Shown: positions 1-9,363 of the stretch, piece by piece
How positions within the stretch are numbered: position 1 is the first letter of the stretch
How the letters are laid out: every line of letters begins with the position of its first letter
From: a virus
DNA length: 53,290 nt
UHGV virus genome: UHGV-0119950
Direction: 5' to 3' (one strand)
Made by a program: the position numbers and the translations under genes
Notes under the pieces: model-generated
The model's input: only the letters and a program-made list of their open reading frames with translations
The model's database searches: none
Told to the model about the DNA's origin: nothing

Positions 1-50
1 AAGCGCAGGCGCAGCGATAAAGGAAAAAGATGACGCAGTAATTTATTCAT
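1..50 (-). CDS. phoQ: Sensor histidine kinase PhoQ, first 16 codons only (gene continues beyond window start)
   Basis: Minus strand reads ATGAATAAATTACTGCGTCATCTTTTTCCTTTATCGCTGCGCCTGCGC = [16 protein letters not shown], like the PhoQ N-terminus recalled from E. coli (MKKLLRLFFPLSLRVR). Its ATG overlaps the phoP stop (TAATG). Confidence 0.7.
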   Translation of the reverse strand, partial: MNKLLRHLFPLSLRLR

Positions 51-724
51 TAGCGCAGTTCGAACAGGTATCCCTGACCACGGACGGTGGTAATCACATC
101 ATCAGGATATCGCGCCTGAATTTTTTTGCGTAAGCGCCCCATTAATACATCAATGGTATGGCTTTCACGCAGTTCCGCATCCGGGTAGAGCTGTAGCATC
201 AACGAATCTTTGCTGACGACTTTGCCATTATTGCGGATCAGCGTTTCCATAATGGTGTATTCAAACGCCGTCAGTTTTATCACTTCATCATTTACGGACA
301 ATTCACGGCGGGAGAGATCCACCTGAAAAGGCGGAATAGAGATAACCTGCGAGGCCAGGCCGCTGTTGCGGCGCATTAACGCCTGCATACGCGCGACCAC
401 TTCTTCAATATGAAACGGTTTTGTCACGTAGTCGTCGGCGCCTGCGCTCAGCACTTCCACTTTATCCTGCCAGCCTTCACGGGCGGTTAATACCAGAACA
501 GGAAGGGAAACGTCATTGCTGCGCCAGCGGCGGATCAGCGAAAGCCCGTCTTCATCCGGGAGGCCTAAATCGACGATGGCGATGTCCGGCAGATGCTCGT
601 TAAGATAATAATCGGCTTCCTTTGCATCTTCTGCGTCATCAACCTGGTGCCCCAAATCCTGTAATTGAACCTTCAGGTGGTGGCGTAATAAGGCATTATC
701 TTCGACAACCAGTACGCGCATCAT
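50..724 (-). CDS. phoP: Response regulator PhoP (OmpR family)
   Basis: The 224-aa [26 protein letters not shown]... is near-identical over its full length to E. coli/Salmonella PhoP as remembered. Receiver domain (DLGLPDEDG) plus winged-helix C-terminus ([12 protein letters not shown]). SD GGGAGAAAAG lies upstream. Confidence 0.97.
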   Translation of the reverse strand: MMRVLVVEDNALLRHHLKVQLQDLGHQVDDAEDAKEADYYLNEHLPDIAIVDLGLPDEDGLSLIRRWRSNDVSLPVLVLTAREGWQDKVEVLSAGADDYVTKPFHIEEVVARMQALMRRNSGLASQVISIPPFQVDLSRRELSVNDEVIKLTAFEYTIMETLIRNNGKVVSKDSLMLQLYPDAELRESHTIDVLMGRLRKKIQARYPDDVITTVRGQGYLFELR

Positions 725-794
725 CTTTTCTCCCTAAATTAACGGTATTAGTAGTTTAACGCTGATTCTGTGGATTGAAACCAGCGCTATGAAA

Positions 795-2081
795 TTAAAT
801 AACTTTTTTCATACTCCCTCGCCCGTGGGGGCGTCCTGGGGGCAGTGCTGTCGGCATCTGATTGTTCAGCATGTTGACCTGATCCTGGTTCATGTCATCA
901 ATCCACTTGGAGTAAACCTCGTACACCATACGCGCATCTTCATGTCCCATCTGGCTGGCAATGAACGACGGGTTCGCTCCGGCCATCAGCGTCCAGCAGG
1001 CGTATGTGTGGCGCGACTGATATGGATTGCGCTTACGTATACCTGAAAGTTTAGTCCCACGTTTCCAGCCATACGAAATCGAGTCCTTGGAAAAGTAACC
1101 GCCTTTCGTTGATGAGTATGTTGTCGGTGAAAAAACGAAGCGAAGATATTGCTGCTCAGTTTTTCCGATCTCACGATGATGAAACTGAATTTCCTGTTTT
1201 GGACTGTTCCCGGTGATTTCGTATTGCTCCAGCAGAGCATCATGAGCAGGTTGCAGCAACGTTATCGTCCTTATCCCGGCATCTGTTTTAGGGGGTACAA
1301 ATACTCGCTTGTTCGTCAAATTTCTGGATACGTGGATTTCACCTTTTACCAAATCAATATCTTCCCATGCCAGTGCGCATATCTCGCCCGGCCTCATCCC
1401 TGTATGTACCGCAATAATGATGATTAATGCCTGGCTACGGGGAAGGGCGGCTATCAGTGCCTGGTACTCATGAAGTAAAAGTGGGTCGGGATCATTTTTA
1501 GATAACTTGAGTCGCGACACTCCTTCATAAGGAGCATGCAATATAAACTGGCTTCGGTTTGCAAGCTTCAGCATTTCTGATAAAACAGCCATCTGTTTAT
1601 TGACTGTTGAGGGCGCTCGCCCATTTTTGATGCGGTTTGGTATTGAAGGGTTGAAAACTTCCCCGGTCAGGAGTTCTTTGCGGTAATTCAGAATATCTGC
1701 GTGCTGAATATCAACCAGGCGTGTGTTCTCGCCCACTACTCGTTTCAGGGTTTTAACGACTGATGTGATGGATAGTAAAGTGGCTTCAGATACCTCCAGT
1801 GACTTTGTGTCTGTAAAAAAATCACTCAGTTCTTTGAATGTAGAGATCCGTTTTGTGGACGAAAATTTCTTAAGAGCTTTTGATTCCGGGAAACGATCTG
1901 CGTAGTCGAACTTACCGAGTTGTATCTCACTCACAATTGCCGCGCGCAGATTGCCCGCTTTTTTAATGTTGCTACTGTTGACAACCCAACCCTGGAGAAC
2001 TTCGCGGCAACGAATGCCGCGATAGATAAATGTGATCCTGATTTTTCCGTTATGCAGTTCAACACCAGTCGGATATTTCAT
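795..2081 (-). CDS. int: Tyrosine recombinase, phage integrase
   Basis: 428 aa. N-terminal arm-binding type sequence (KYPTGVELHNGKIRITFIYRGIRCRE). Catalytic-domain motifs TGMRPGEICAL (Arg), SRHTYACW (HxxR), GHEDARMVYEVY (His...Tyr). Sits at the prophage edge next to xis. Confidence 0.93.
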   Translation of the reverse strand: MKYPTGVELHNGKIRITFIYRGIRCREVLQGWVVNSSNIKKAGNLRAAIVSEIQLGKFDYADRFPESKALKKFSSTKRISTFKELSDFFTDTKSLEVSEATLLSITSVVKTLKRVVGENTRLVDIQHADILNYRKELLTGEVFNPSIPNRIKNGRAPSTVNKQMAVLSEMLKLANRSQFILHAPYEGVSRLKLSKNDPDPLLLHEYQALIAALPRSQALIIIIAVHTGMRPGEICALAWEDIDLVKGEIHVSRNLTNKRVFVPPKTDAGIRTITLLQPAHDALLEQYEITGNSPKQEIQFHHREIGKTEQQYLRFVFSPTTYSSTKGGYFSKDSISYGWKRGTKLSGIRKRNPYQSRHTYACWTLMAGANPSFIASQMGHEDARMVYEVYSKWIDDMNQDQVNMLNNQMPTALPPGRPHGRGSMKKVI

Positions 2082-2296
2082 TAAGCATCCTGAACTAACT
2101 GATTAATCTTCGGGTAGTTGTACCAAAGCAGACCTTTAGCGTTGTCAGTCTGTCCAAGCGCAGTAAGGTGCTTGAAGTGAACACCTTCAACCCATAGCTT
2201 CAGTCGATAATTTTTAATCTGTCCTTCAGTAAGTCCTGTTCTTTCGGTAAGTCTGGACTCAACAACCCACTCTTCGTTAAAAATTACCTGTGACAT
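2081..2296 (-). CDS. xis: Excisionase-like small DNA-binding protein
   Basis: 71 aa. Its stop overlaps the int start by 1 nt (TAATG). Position and size are typical of Xis. Sequence (GVHFKH...WYNYPKINQ) resembles the DUF1233 excisionase-like family as remembered. Confidence 0.7.
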   Translation of the reverse strand: MSQVIFNEEWVVESRLTERTGLTEGQIKNYRLKLWVEGVHFKHLTALGQTDNAKGLLWYNYPKINQLVQDA

Positions 2297-2360
2297 GGTT
2301 CACCTCAGGTAACCGGCGCCAGTATAGATGCGCCGGTGTTGTGACATTGATAATTCGTTA

Positions 2361-2600
2361 TCAGGCAATCTGCCCTGGCAGTGCGCGCAGTCGGCGCATA
2401 CCTGTCATTGCGGTGGCGACATAGCTCTTATGTCGGTTAACAACTTCTACCGTCACCTTCACGCCGTCGACCGCCACGGTATAAGTGGTCTTTGTTTTCT
2501 GTCTGCCAAACTCCCCGTAAAGCTCAACATGTTTTGCCAGAGCAGCATCGCACGCCCTGCGCGCCAGCGGAGATTGCTTACTACGATTGATAAGGCGCAT
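2361..2600 (-). CDS. Hypothetical phage protein
   Basis: 79-aa ORF with SD AGGGGG upstream, same strand as the early-left operon. Confidence 0.55.
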   Translation of the reverse strand: MRLINRSKQSPLARRACDAALAKHVELYGEFGRQKTKTTYTVAVDGVKVTVEVVNRHKSYVATAMTGMRRLRALPGQIA

Positions 2601-2640
2601 ATAACCCCCTGTGACGGGAGGGCTGACCCTCCCGCCTCCC

Positions 2641-3750
2641 TTAGTTCACGTATTCCGGTTTCATGTCGTCAAGGGTGATGCGGAACTGGTCATACAGTTC
2701 TTCACCCAGATGACGTTTGGCAGCGCTGAGCGTATTTTCAGCTTTAGCGAACATCGCTGCGGCTTCCGGTTCGCTGGGATTTGGAAGTGAGTTGATCACA
2801 GCCTCGACCTTGTTCTGCGCATCGACCTGGTAATAACGTTTCACCGCCTTATTTTTCAGTTCGGTGAACAGCGCTGTGCCCAGCAACGCTTTCTGCGATT
2901 CGATATCCGCGCGGATAGCTTTGGCCTGGTCAACAGAGCTTGCTGTATCAATCCGGTCACGTAGATCGTCTGCAACGGCATCAACATTAGTTGCCGATTC
3001 CTGCGCGCTGGTCGTGGTGCTAACCTCGCCAGTGATTTCCTGTACGCTCATGCGCTGGACTGGCGCAGGGTTAATCTCGCGTTCTTCTCGCTGCTCAACT
3101 TCATCAGGGCTGTACACGCCGAGGATCACTTCCGGGCAGTACAGGCGAGCCCAATATTTAACGCCCAAATAGGCAATTTGCTGTTTAGGATTGGAAACCC
3201 ACAGCGGGGAATTGCGGGTAACAACGCCGGAGAGGTAAAGAGGTTCCCCCCAGGTGATTTCGGATTCACCGCGCAGGATTGCGCCAACCTGGACGAACAG
3301 GCCGATCTCGTCCTCATCCGTCCAGCCACGAACGCGTTCAGTGACGGTGTATTTGCCGTTTTTCCCGTTTTTATCGCGCGTAATTTCCTGTGTTCTGGTG
3401 CAGCGCTCCCAGTCACCTCCATAACGGTAATGAAAACGGCCATGAATGGCACTGGAACTGGCGATTACCGCGTTGACAAGTTGCGCCTCGTATCCAAGAA
3501 CACCGTTAACCAGATGCGTTTTTTGCGCCACCGCGTATGGGTTCATGCCCCACTGCATCGCCTGCATAACGATTGCCATGCAGTCTGCCGGTTTACCTGC
3601 CAGATGCGCCGGGACCGTCACCTGGGAGTCGGCCATCAGATTTGCGAATGCGGTTAACTGGCTCAGCGCCTGTACGTTAAAAATCGCGTTACTGGCTGAA
3701 ATGGTGTTTGGTGCCTGCTGTTCAGTGGTGACAATGCTGGTGTTTTCCAT
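2641..3750 (-). CDS. recT: RecT-family single-strand annealing recombinase
   Basis: Start chosen at MENTSIVTT (ATG 3750, SD AAGGGGGA). Lies downstream of and adjacent to recE. The central region (MQWGMNPYAVAQKTHLVNGVLGYEAQL) looks RecT-like from memory. Confidence 0.75.
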   Translation of the reverse strand: MENTSIVTTEQQAPNTISASNAIFNVQALSQLTAFANLMADSQVTVPAHLAGKPADCMAIVMQAMQWGMNPYAVAQKTHLVNGVLGYEAQLVNAVIASSSAIHGRFHYRYGGDWERCTRTQEITRDKNGKNGKYTVTERVRGWTDEDEIGLFVQVGAILRGESEITWGEPLYLSGVVTRNSPLWVSNPKQQIAYLGVKYWARLYCPEVILGVYSPDEVEQREEREINPAPVQRMSVQEITGEVSTTTSAQESATNVDAVADDLRDRIDTASSVDQAKAIRADIESQKALLGTALFTELKNKAVKRYYQVDAQNKVEAVINSLPNPSEPEAAAMFAKAENTLSAAKRHLGEELYDQFRITLDDMKPEYVN

Positions 3751-3760
3751 GATTTCCCCC

Positions 3761-6700
3761 TTATGCCTGTACGCGCAGCGCTTCAAGACGGCGCACATCA
3801 AAATCGTTGAGTTCTTCGGCGTAATCTTCGGTAATCGGCGCTGGCCATTCGCCAGTGTCGAACCCGTTCGCTATGGCGCGCATCGCTTTGCGGTATTCCA
3901 GCATGCCGAGTTCAAGCAGTTCTTCGGATGCCTCGATGATGGCGATCCAGTGGTAGTTCTCGTCTTTGTTGACGAATATCCAGAAAAACTGGTCCAGCGC
4001 TGCGGTTTCGCAGTACATGGCAGCGCTCAGGTGATAATCGCGCTCGATGATTTCCCGGTGCAGTTTGGCGCGTAGGCCTTCCTGCTTGATATTCCACATG
4101 CTGATAGTCTTCAGGTCAGCGCCGATGCGCAGGCCGCCCATGTCGATTTCAAGGTCTGGCCGCACGCGGATTTCCAGCCCGGTTTCCTCATCAATACCGA
4201 AATAGCTCACTTCTACGGCGCGGTTCGGATGCGTCAGCAGCTTCCCGGCGGTCGGGTGATTCAGCAGCGCTTTCTGGATGGCCTGCGCGGTGCTCAACTG
4301 CTGGCGGGTAACCAGAATTTTATCGCCGGGATTTTCTCGCCAAGCGTCAAGCAGCTCGTCGGCAAACACTGTTTCAGGTTTGACGGTTTTCACTGTCTGA
4401 ATCAGATCCGCTTTGGTGCCGGATACTTTCAACGGCTGTGGCTTCTGTGCTTCCTGTGCAACGAGATCAGGATTGATGATCGCCAGTTGCTCAAGCAGCG
4501 CGTCACGGCTTCCGCTGGTTTTCACCTGCGGCGGAAGGGTGGCGTTGTACTCTTTGATGCAGGCCTTCATTGCTGTGGCGGTATGCTTGGTTCCGTTCTC
4601 AATACGCTGGAACTCTTCAGGCAATTGCTCATATGATGCATACGATTCGTCAACGGATGCCCCAAGCGGTAACGGTGCGGGCAGGGTGGTGTTGTACTCT
4701 TCCAGTAGCGCTTTTATATCGTCGGCACTAAGCAGCGGCGGCAGGCTGGCGTTGTGCTCGTCGATAACCGCGCGGATCGTCGCTGTCGTCGTAAGCGCGC
4801 CTTCCGGGATTTCCGGTTCGATGCTGAACTCTTTTTCCAGTTGTTCAGGCTGTAACGCCAGCGCATGCACCAGGTTCCCCATATCCAGGACTTTGGTGCG
4901 TTCTTTCTGGATGGTTTTGGATACGTGGCGCGCCTCGAAATACATCAGCGATACCCGCGCATCTTTTACCATCGTCGAACTGATGCCATTCGCCGCGTGA
5001 TATACCTCGTTCGGTACGCCTTCATAACGCCCCGGCTCGAAGTATTCCGGCCACACTGGCGTTGGTTCTTCCTGTTGCGCTTCTGGCTCAGAATGGCTTG
5101 CAGAATCGTTGTTCTGGCTCACTTCCGACTGATTGTGGTCTACATCGGCTTGCTCGCCGGTATCTGCTTCTTCACCATTCCCCAAATCGCTTTCGCTTGT
5201 ACGCAGCGCATCACCAGTCTGTTTTTCATCACTGACAGTTTCTTGAACCTGCACATCGCTGGTGGTCTCCGCTTCCTGTTTTGTGCCATGAGTTGAGGAG
5301 TTCTGCATTAAAGCGGACACGTCGAAAATGTCGTCTGCAACTTTTTTCACCAGTTCAGGTTGCTCGGTTTGCTGGCTTGTCTCTGTCTTCACCCATTTCG
5401 GATCATTTGGGTCGCTGATACCCGGAACGAATTCACCGCGACCGGCGGCAAGCTGGCGTTCAACCTCTTCGCGGAGTAACTCAAGCGCAGAAGTGACCTT
5501 CTCGGGTGCCGGAGCCATCGGCATTGGCATTGATGAGCGACCGCAGGCGATATCAACGATCATTTCATCCGGGTGAGCGTGATCGGTTTCAGTCATGACA
5601 CGATTGAGATACTCGCGATGACGGAAAGGAGATTTAAACAGTTCCTCTGGCGTTGTTTTTACCGTAGCGACATTGCAGGCGCGGGAGTAATCCATCCCAC
5701 CAGGCATTTCTTCAAACAATTTGCAGGTCGCAATAAATTCATCGAGTACGTTATCTTCCCCTGAGCGGGAGAGATTCATAATGGCGTTGGCTTCAACATC
5801 GATCTCGAAGGAAGGGCTGTAAATATCGAACTCTTTGTTACGGGCGATCAGGCCAAGTGCTATTTCATATTCGAGCCCGGTTTTTGTCAGTGGAGTAAGA
5901 CGGTCAGTCTTATTACCGCCACCGGCGTTCGCGCCAGATGGTGTGCGATTAATTTCAGATACACGATTACCTTTGCACCACTCTTTAACGAGCAGCCCGC
6001 GATCAATATGAGGGGTATCGAACCATGTTTTCAGAAACTGGATAACGCTTGCCAGCTCAGGGATTTTGCCATCGGCAGGAAACACGCTCTTAACAGCATT
6101 TACCGCTTTATGGATATCGTGTTCAATGGCCTTTTTGAATGGTTCAACATTCTCAGCCGCAAGTAAAAGGTTCTGGACATATGAATTATCTGTGTCCATT
6201 TCCAGAGCGAGAATTGCTTTTTTCTGCTCTGCGTCGACATGATAGAGATACTCGCCATCGCCAATATGTTGAGCCAGAACACGATGACGGAAGGGCATTG
6301 TTGCCACAACGGTTAACTGAGGGTGTTCAGGTAGATCGCCATTGTCTTCAGTTGACGCCTGATCGTGCTGGATAATTTCGCCAGTTTCGGTATCGACAAC
6401 TTCTTCATTGCCAAAATCTTCCGTGTGATCTTCCAGCACTTCACCTGTTTCGGTATCAACACCATCAACGATACGCTGACGGGCGACGGCAACGGCCTCA
6501 GAAGAGGGCAACGTAACACCGGGGATCTGTACCCAGGTCATGTTGTCTTTGCCGAGTTGGTAGAAATCGCAGAACGTTAAGCTGAGTTCGCCTTCTGGCG
6601 GAAGCTCGTTAACGACGGGGAAATTAGTGGCAACAGCTTTAAAATAATCTTTCAGCTTTGCGCCGGATTTAATCAGGAGATAATCCAGTGTGGCATTTGC

Positions 6701-6796
6701 CGCTTCAAAATCATCGCTGCACCAGAGAACTGCATCTTTATGGCCAGATGATTTCTTTGCTTTGCGGACTAAAAATACAGGATTAGTTCCACTCAT
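3761..6796 (-). CDS. recE: Exodeoxyribonuclease VIII (RecE-like), 1011 aa
   Basis: From the ATG at 6796 (SD GAGGA), the N-terminus MSGTNPVFLVRKAKKSSGHKDAVLWCSDDFEAANATLDYLLIKSG...YFKAVATNFPVVNELP parallels Rac RecE as remembered. Acidic central region, C-terminal nuclease domain. The 69 upstream codons of the track ORF were rejected. Confidence 0.88.
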   Translation of the reverse strand: MSGTNPVFLVRKAKKSSGHKDAVLWCSDDFEAANATLDYLLIKSGAKLKDYFKAVATNFPVVNELPPEGELSLTFCDFYQLGKDNMTWVQIPGVTLPSSEAVAVARQRIVDGVDTETGEVLEDHTEDFGNEEVVDTETGEIIQHDQASTEDNGDLPEHPQLTVVATMPFRHRVLAQHIGDGEYLYHVDAEQKKAILALEMDTDNSYVQNLLLAAENVEPFKKAIEHDIHKAVNAVKSVFPADGKIPELASVIQFLKTWFDTPHIDRGLLVKEWCKGNRVSEINRTPSGANAGGGNKTDRLTPLTKTGLEYEIALGLIARNKEFDIYSPSFEIDVEANAIMNLSRSGEDNVLDEFIATCKLFEEMPGGMDYSRACNVATVKTTPEELFKSPFRHREYLNRVMTETDHAHPDEMIVDIACGRSSMPMPMAPAPEKVTSALELLREEVERQLAAGRGEFVPGISDPNDPKWVKTETSQQTEQPELVKKVADDIFDVSALMQNSSTHGTKQEAETTSDVQVQETVSDEKQTGDALRTSESDLGNGEEADTGEQADVDHNQSEVSQNNDSASHSEPEAQQEEPTPVWPEYFEPGRYEGVPNEVYHAANGISSTMVKDARVSLMYFEARHVSKTIQKERTKVLDMGNLVHALALQPEQLEKEFSIEPEIPEGALTTTATIRAVIDEHNASLPPLLSADDIKALLEEYNTTLPAPLPLGASVDESYASYEQLPEEFQRIENGTKHTATAMKACIKEYNATLPPQVKTSGSRDALLEQLAIINPDLVAQEAQKPQPLKVSGTKADLIQTVKTVKPETVFADELLDAWRENPGDKILVTRQQLSTAQAIQKALLNHPTAGKLLTHPNRAVEVSYFGIDEETGLEIRVRPDLEIDMGGLRIGADLKTISMWNIKQEGLRAKLHREIIERDYHLSAAMYCETAALDQFFWIFVNKDENYHWIAIIEASEELLELGMLEYRKAMRAIANGFDTGEWPAPITEDYAEELNDFDVRRLEALRVQA

Positions 6797-6920
6797 TATT
6801 TGATCCTCAATTCGTGTAGAATGGAGGCGCCTTAATGGCACCTCGGTTTTACCAGGTGATGTCCGGTGTAACTTTGGTCGGTGCCACCGGACGGAAGGCC
6901 CACCCTGTGTGGGCTTTCGC

Positions 6921-7208
6921 TTAATGAACAGTTCTGAAAACTTTTTCTGAGTAATCGAGTTTGTAGCTGCGGTAGTTGCCAAAACCGGCGTTATCGCCAT
7001 CACTTACTTTCACGGACAACATTGAAATTGCCTCTACAGCACAAAGAGGACAGTCGAACTTGCCGAATACATAGCCACCGTCAAGAATGACCGTGACCGC
7101 GCCCGTTTCGGCTGAATGAATAACGCCTGATACTTTCTTCTCGCAGTTGAATACAGCCAATTCTTTATTCACTGCTTTCAGGTTCATTTCGATTTTTGCG
7201 ATTTCCAT
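6921..7208 (-). CDS. Hypothetical phage protein
   Basis: 95-aa ORF, SD GGAGA 8 nt upstream, in line with the early-left operon. Confidence 0.65.
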   Translation of the reverse strand: MEIAKIEMNLKAVNKELAVFNCEKKVSGVIHSAETGAVTVILDGGYVFGKFDCPLCAVEAISMLSVKVSDGDNAGFGNYRSYKLDYSEKVFRTVH

Positions 7209-7295
7209 AAAACTTCTCCGGTTGTTAAATTCAGGGTGTAAGAATCCGCGCCAAATTTATGGCGAATTTTTTATTTCATATTTCAGGACTGCTGG

Positions 7296-7454
7296 TTAAC
7301 TTTCGTGCGCCATCTGATCGTATTCAGCGCATTGCTTTGAGCAGTATTCTTTTTCTTTGTTGGCAAGCCGGTTGCCATTGCGATAGAAAAGGATGCTCTT
7401 TACTTCTTTGCCTTCTTCAACGGGTTTGCGGCAGTAACCGCATTCTTTCTGCAT
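7296..7454 (-). CDS. Small Cys-rich (zinc-ribbon-like) protein, 52 aa, below the ORF-track cutoff
   Basis: Hand translation: MQKECGYCRKPVEEGKEVKSILFYRNGNRLANKEKEYCSKQCAEYDQMAHES. CxxC...CxxxC pattern. Strong SD GAGGAGGGG upstream. Starts 10 nt after the stop of the upstream gene. Confidence 0.6.
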   Translation of the reverse strand: MQKECGYCRKPVEEGKEVKSILFYRNGNRLANKEKEYCSKQCAEYDQMAHES

Positions 7455-7463
7455 TACCCCTCC

Positions 7464-7649
7464 TCAGATGCTTGCTGGCAGCTCTCCGTTGTGAATGATT
7501 CCCTCAACAGGCCAGCACTCACCATTAACCTTTTGCTCGACAGCTGCGGCCTGGCATTCCTGCTGGTTGTCATATACACCGAGAATCACATCCTGAAAGT
7601 CACCGTTGGTCATTGCGACCGTTAATACCAGTGCGAATAGTTCCCCCAT
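7464..7649 (-). CDS. Hypothetical small phage protein
   Basis: 61-aa ORF. Its ATG overlaps the upstream stop (ATGA), indicating translational coupling. Confidence 0.6.
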   Translation of the reverse strand: MGELFALVLTVAMTNGDFQDVILGVYDNQQECQAAAVEQKVNGECWPVEGIIHNGELPASI

Positions 7650-7777
7650 CAGTGAAGAGTCCTCCCGATTGCAGCAGCATAAATACGTTTTGCTTCTTCC
7701 CAGTCTTTAATGCTGTGGTGAGCCACTGCGAAGGATGCCTTGCGCTGTGCCTCCCGGACTTGCTGCTTGTTAATCAT
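7649..7777 (-). CDS. Hypothetical 42-aa protein (MINKQQVREAQRK...)
   Basis: Internal ATG of the 101-aa track ORF. It overlaps the stop of the upstream 90-aa gene (ATGATTAA), and its own stop overlaps the next start. The longer version would clash with the better upstream gene. Confidence 0.45.
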   Translation of the reverse strand: MINKQQVREAQRKASFAVAHHSIKDWEEAKRIYAAAIGRTLH

Positions 7778-8042
7778 CGTTATCCTCCAGGTGCCCGTTA
7801 TCGCGAAGCCAGCTAATGACCTCGTCAGGAGAAAGACGATCCAGAATTTCCGGTAACTTGCTGTTATTGTCAGCCCAGTCGATGTAATCCGGCAGGTCGA
7901 TAGCGGCGAACAGCACATCGCTTTCGATTTCTTCCAGCACGTCATCCACTTCAACGCCGCGAATTTCAGTGTTCACAAAATCGCGATAACCGCTGGTTGA
8001 AACGTCAACTCCCTGCGCCTTGAGATCTAAATCAATTTTCAT
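7770..8042 (-). CDS. Hypothetical acidic phage protein, 90 aa
   Basis: Start taken at MKIDLDLKAQG (ATG 8042, SD AGAGGGTGAAA). First gene of the coupled leftward chain. Confidence 0.6.
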   Translation of the reverse strand: MKIDLDLKAQGVDVSTSGYRDFVNTEIRGVEVDDVLEEIESDVLFAAIDLPDYIDWADNNSKLPEILDRLSPDEVISWLRDNGHLEDNDD

Positions 8043-8280
8043 TTTCACCCTCTGCTTGCCGTTGTCGCCCGGCTGGCGGAACGTTTGATACCTGCTGCGC
8101 GTTAACTCATCCACCTCATCACCATCTTCATACGCCTGGTGCGGCTACTTCGTGGGCGTCCTGCCTGGGTGGTCGTGTTGCTGTGATATTGATTAAATCA
8201 CTGGTTTATAGTTGTGTCAACTTTGAATTGATGTTTGGTGTAAATTTTAGGTTTATATGTTGGGAGAGGGAGCGTGTGTT

Positions 8281-8526
8281 ATGCTCACAAAAACATCAAT
8301 TGGCGAGGGCTGGGTGATGGATTACGAAGAACTGGCGCAACTGCGCTATCAGGAAATGTGCCGGATTGTGGGGGATGTCGTTTTTGCGATGGTGGCTGAA
8401 GGGCATGAAACCAAAAGAGTGGCTATAGCTGACGTGATACGAACGGAGATATCGAAGGGGCTGGATAAGTGGGATGCTGACCAGATTCAGGTTATGGAAC
8501 TGGCAGTGAAGTTTCTGGAAGAGTAG
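8281..8526 (+). CDS. Hypothetical protein, 81 aa, lone plus-strand gene in the early-left/immunity gap
   Basis: ATG at 8281 preceded by GGGAGAGGGAG. Ends 5 nt before a bidirectional terminator. Confidence 0.55.
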   Translation: MLTKTSIGEGWVMDYEELAQLRYQEMCRIVGDVVFAMVAEGHETKRVAIADVIRTEISKGLDKWDADQIQVMELAVKFLEE

Positions 8527-8530
8527 GGCA

Positions 8531-8565
8531 ATAAAAAACCCGGCTCGGTGGCCGGGTGTTTTTAG
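8531..8565. terminator. Bidirectional intrinsic terminator
   Basis: Stem CCCGGC (8539-8544) / GCCGGG (8551-8556). A T-run follows on the plus strand (TGTTTTT) and TTTTTTATT on the minus strand. Sits between convergent genes. Confidence 0.8.
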
Positions 8566-8954
8566 TTACACGCGAATTTTATACCATCTAGTGTTGTGTT
8601 TTTAAGGATGTCTTCGGCATAAAATTTGAAGTAAACCCTCATCAAAGATGAAAAATACCAAGTATATTCCTTTAAAAAATCCTCATTGAGATTTTCGCTT
8701 TTTGGATAAGAGAAAATCATTCTAATGTCGATTTTTAGAGAAAAATCTGGTTTTTCACTGCCTTTCCTGAACCCTTGAGCGATGGGGCTTGCTGAAACTT
8801 TAATTGATGACATTGATGGATCGCCACCACCGACTTCAAAATCTAAGGCGCCATATACAACCTTGATCGTGCCCTCACCAGGTGTAAGCATGGTTTGATT
8901 GAACTCCACGTTTAGAATCGCAGATTCAACCATGTTGATATCGTTAGGCAACAT
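8562..8954 (-). CDS. Hypothetical 130-aa protein, possible SecB-like chaperone (remote, by-eye similarity)
   Basis: Third gene of the coupled cassette. FSLKIDIRMIFSY and LKEYTWYFSSLMRVYFKFYAEDILKNTTLDGIKF line up with SecB AFLCEVQQGGIFSI and [36 protein letters not shown] (E. coli SecB from memory). AT-rich. Confidence 0.6.
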   Translation of the reverse strand: MLPNDINMVESAILNVEFNQTMLTPGEGTIKVVYGALDFEVGGGDPSMSSIKVSASPIAQGFRKGSEKPDFSLKIDIRMIFSYPKSENLNEDFLKEYTWYFSSLMRVYFKFYAEDILKNTTLDGIKFACN

Positions 8955-9363
8955 TTATCTCATAATCCCTGTTTTGAGGCTTAATGGTAATCTTGATGAC
9001 TGGGCTTGGTTCGTCCATGAAACTATTTAAATTCATAACGTAGTGCTTATGAGCAGGTATAACAGGATGAGAAACATCACATCCATTCTTCAGGATTACT
9101 ACTTTTGCTTCGGCACCTAGAGCGTAGGAAATATCGGAGAGGGTTTTTAGTGTCATGTTCCTAGTTCCATCTAGCAACTGAGAAACATGCGAAGCCGACT
9201 TGCCAAGTTTTTTAGCAAGTTCACGCTTAGTTATACCTGTATCCTGCATAGCTAAAAGGATGTCTTCTGTAGTATTGAACACTAATCGTTCGGAAGCCAT
9301 CTCTCTATCACTAATGTATGGAAAACCAAAAATTTCTTCTGCGAAAGTCTTATCAGTAGTCAT
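8944..9363 (-). CDS. XRE-family HTH protein, 139 aa, candidate antitoxin with C-terminal extension
   Basis: Central HTH ITKRELAKKLGKSASHVSQLLDGTRNMTLKTLSDISYALG. About 45 aa follow the HTH domain. 11-nt overlaps with both neighbours. Confidence 0.8.
   Translation of the reverse strand: MTTDKTFAEEIFGFPYISDREMASERLVFNTTEDILLAMQDTGITKRELAKKLGKSASHVSQLLDGTRNMTLKTLSDISYALGAEAKVVILKNGCDVSHPVIPAHKHYVMNLNSFMDEPSPVIKITIKPQNRDYEINVA

Noticed and set aside
6797-7003. N-terminal 69-codon extension of the RecE ORF in the track (start at 7003)
   Set aside because: Similarity to RecE begins exactly at the ATG at 6796, which has an SD (GAGGA). The extension overlaps the upstream 95-aa gene and is low-complexity.
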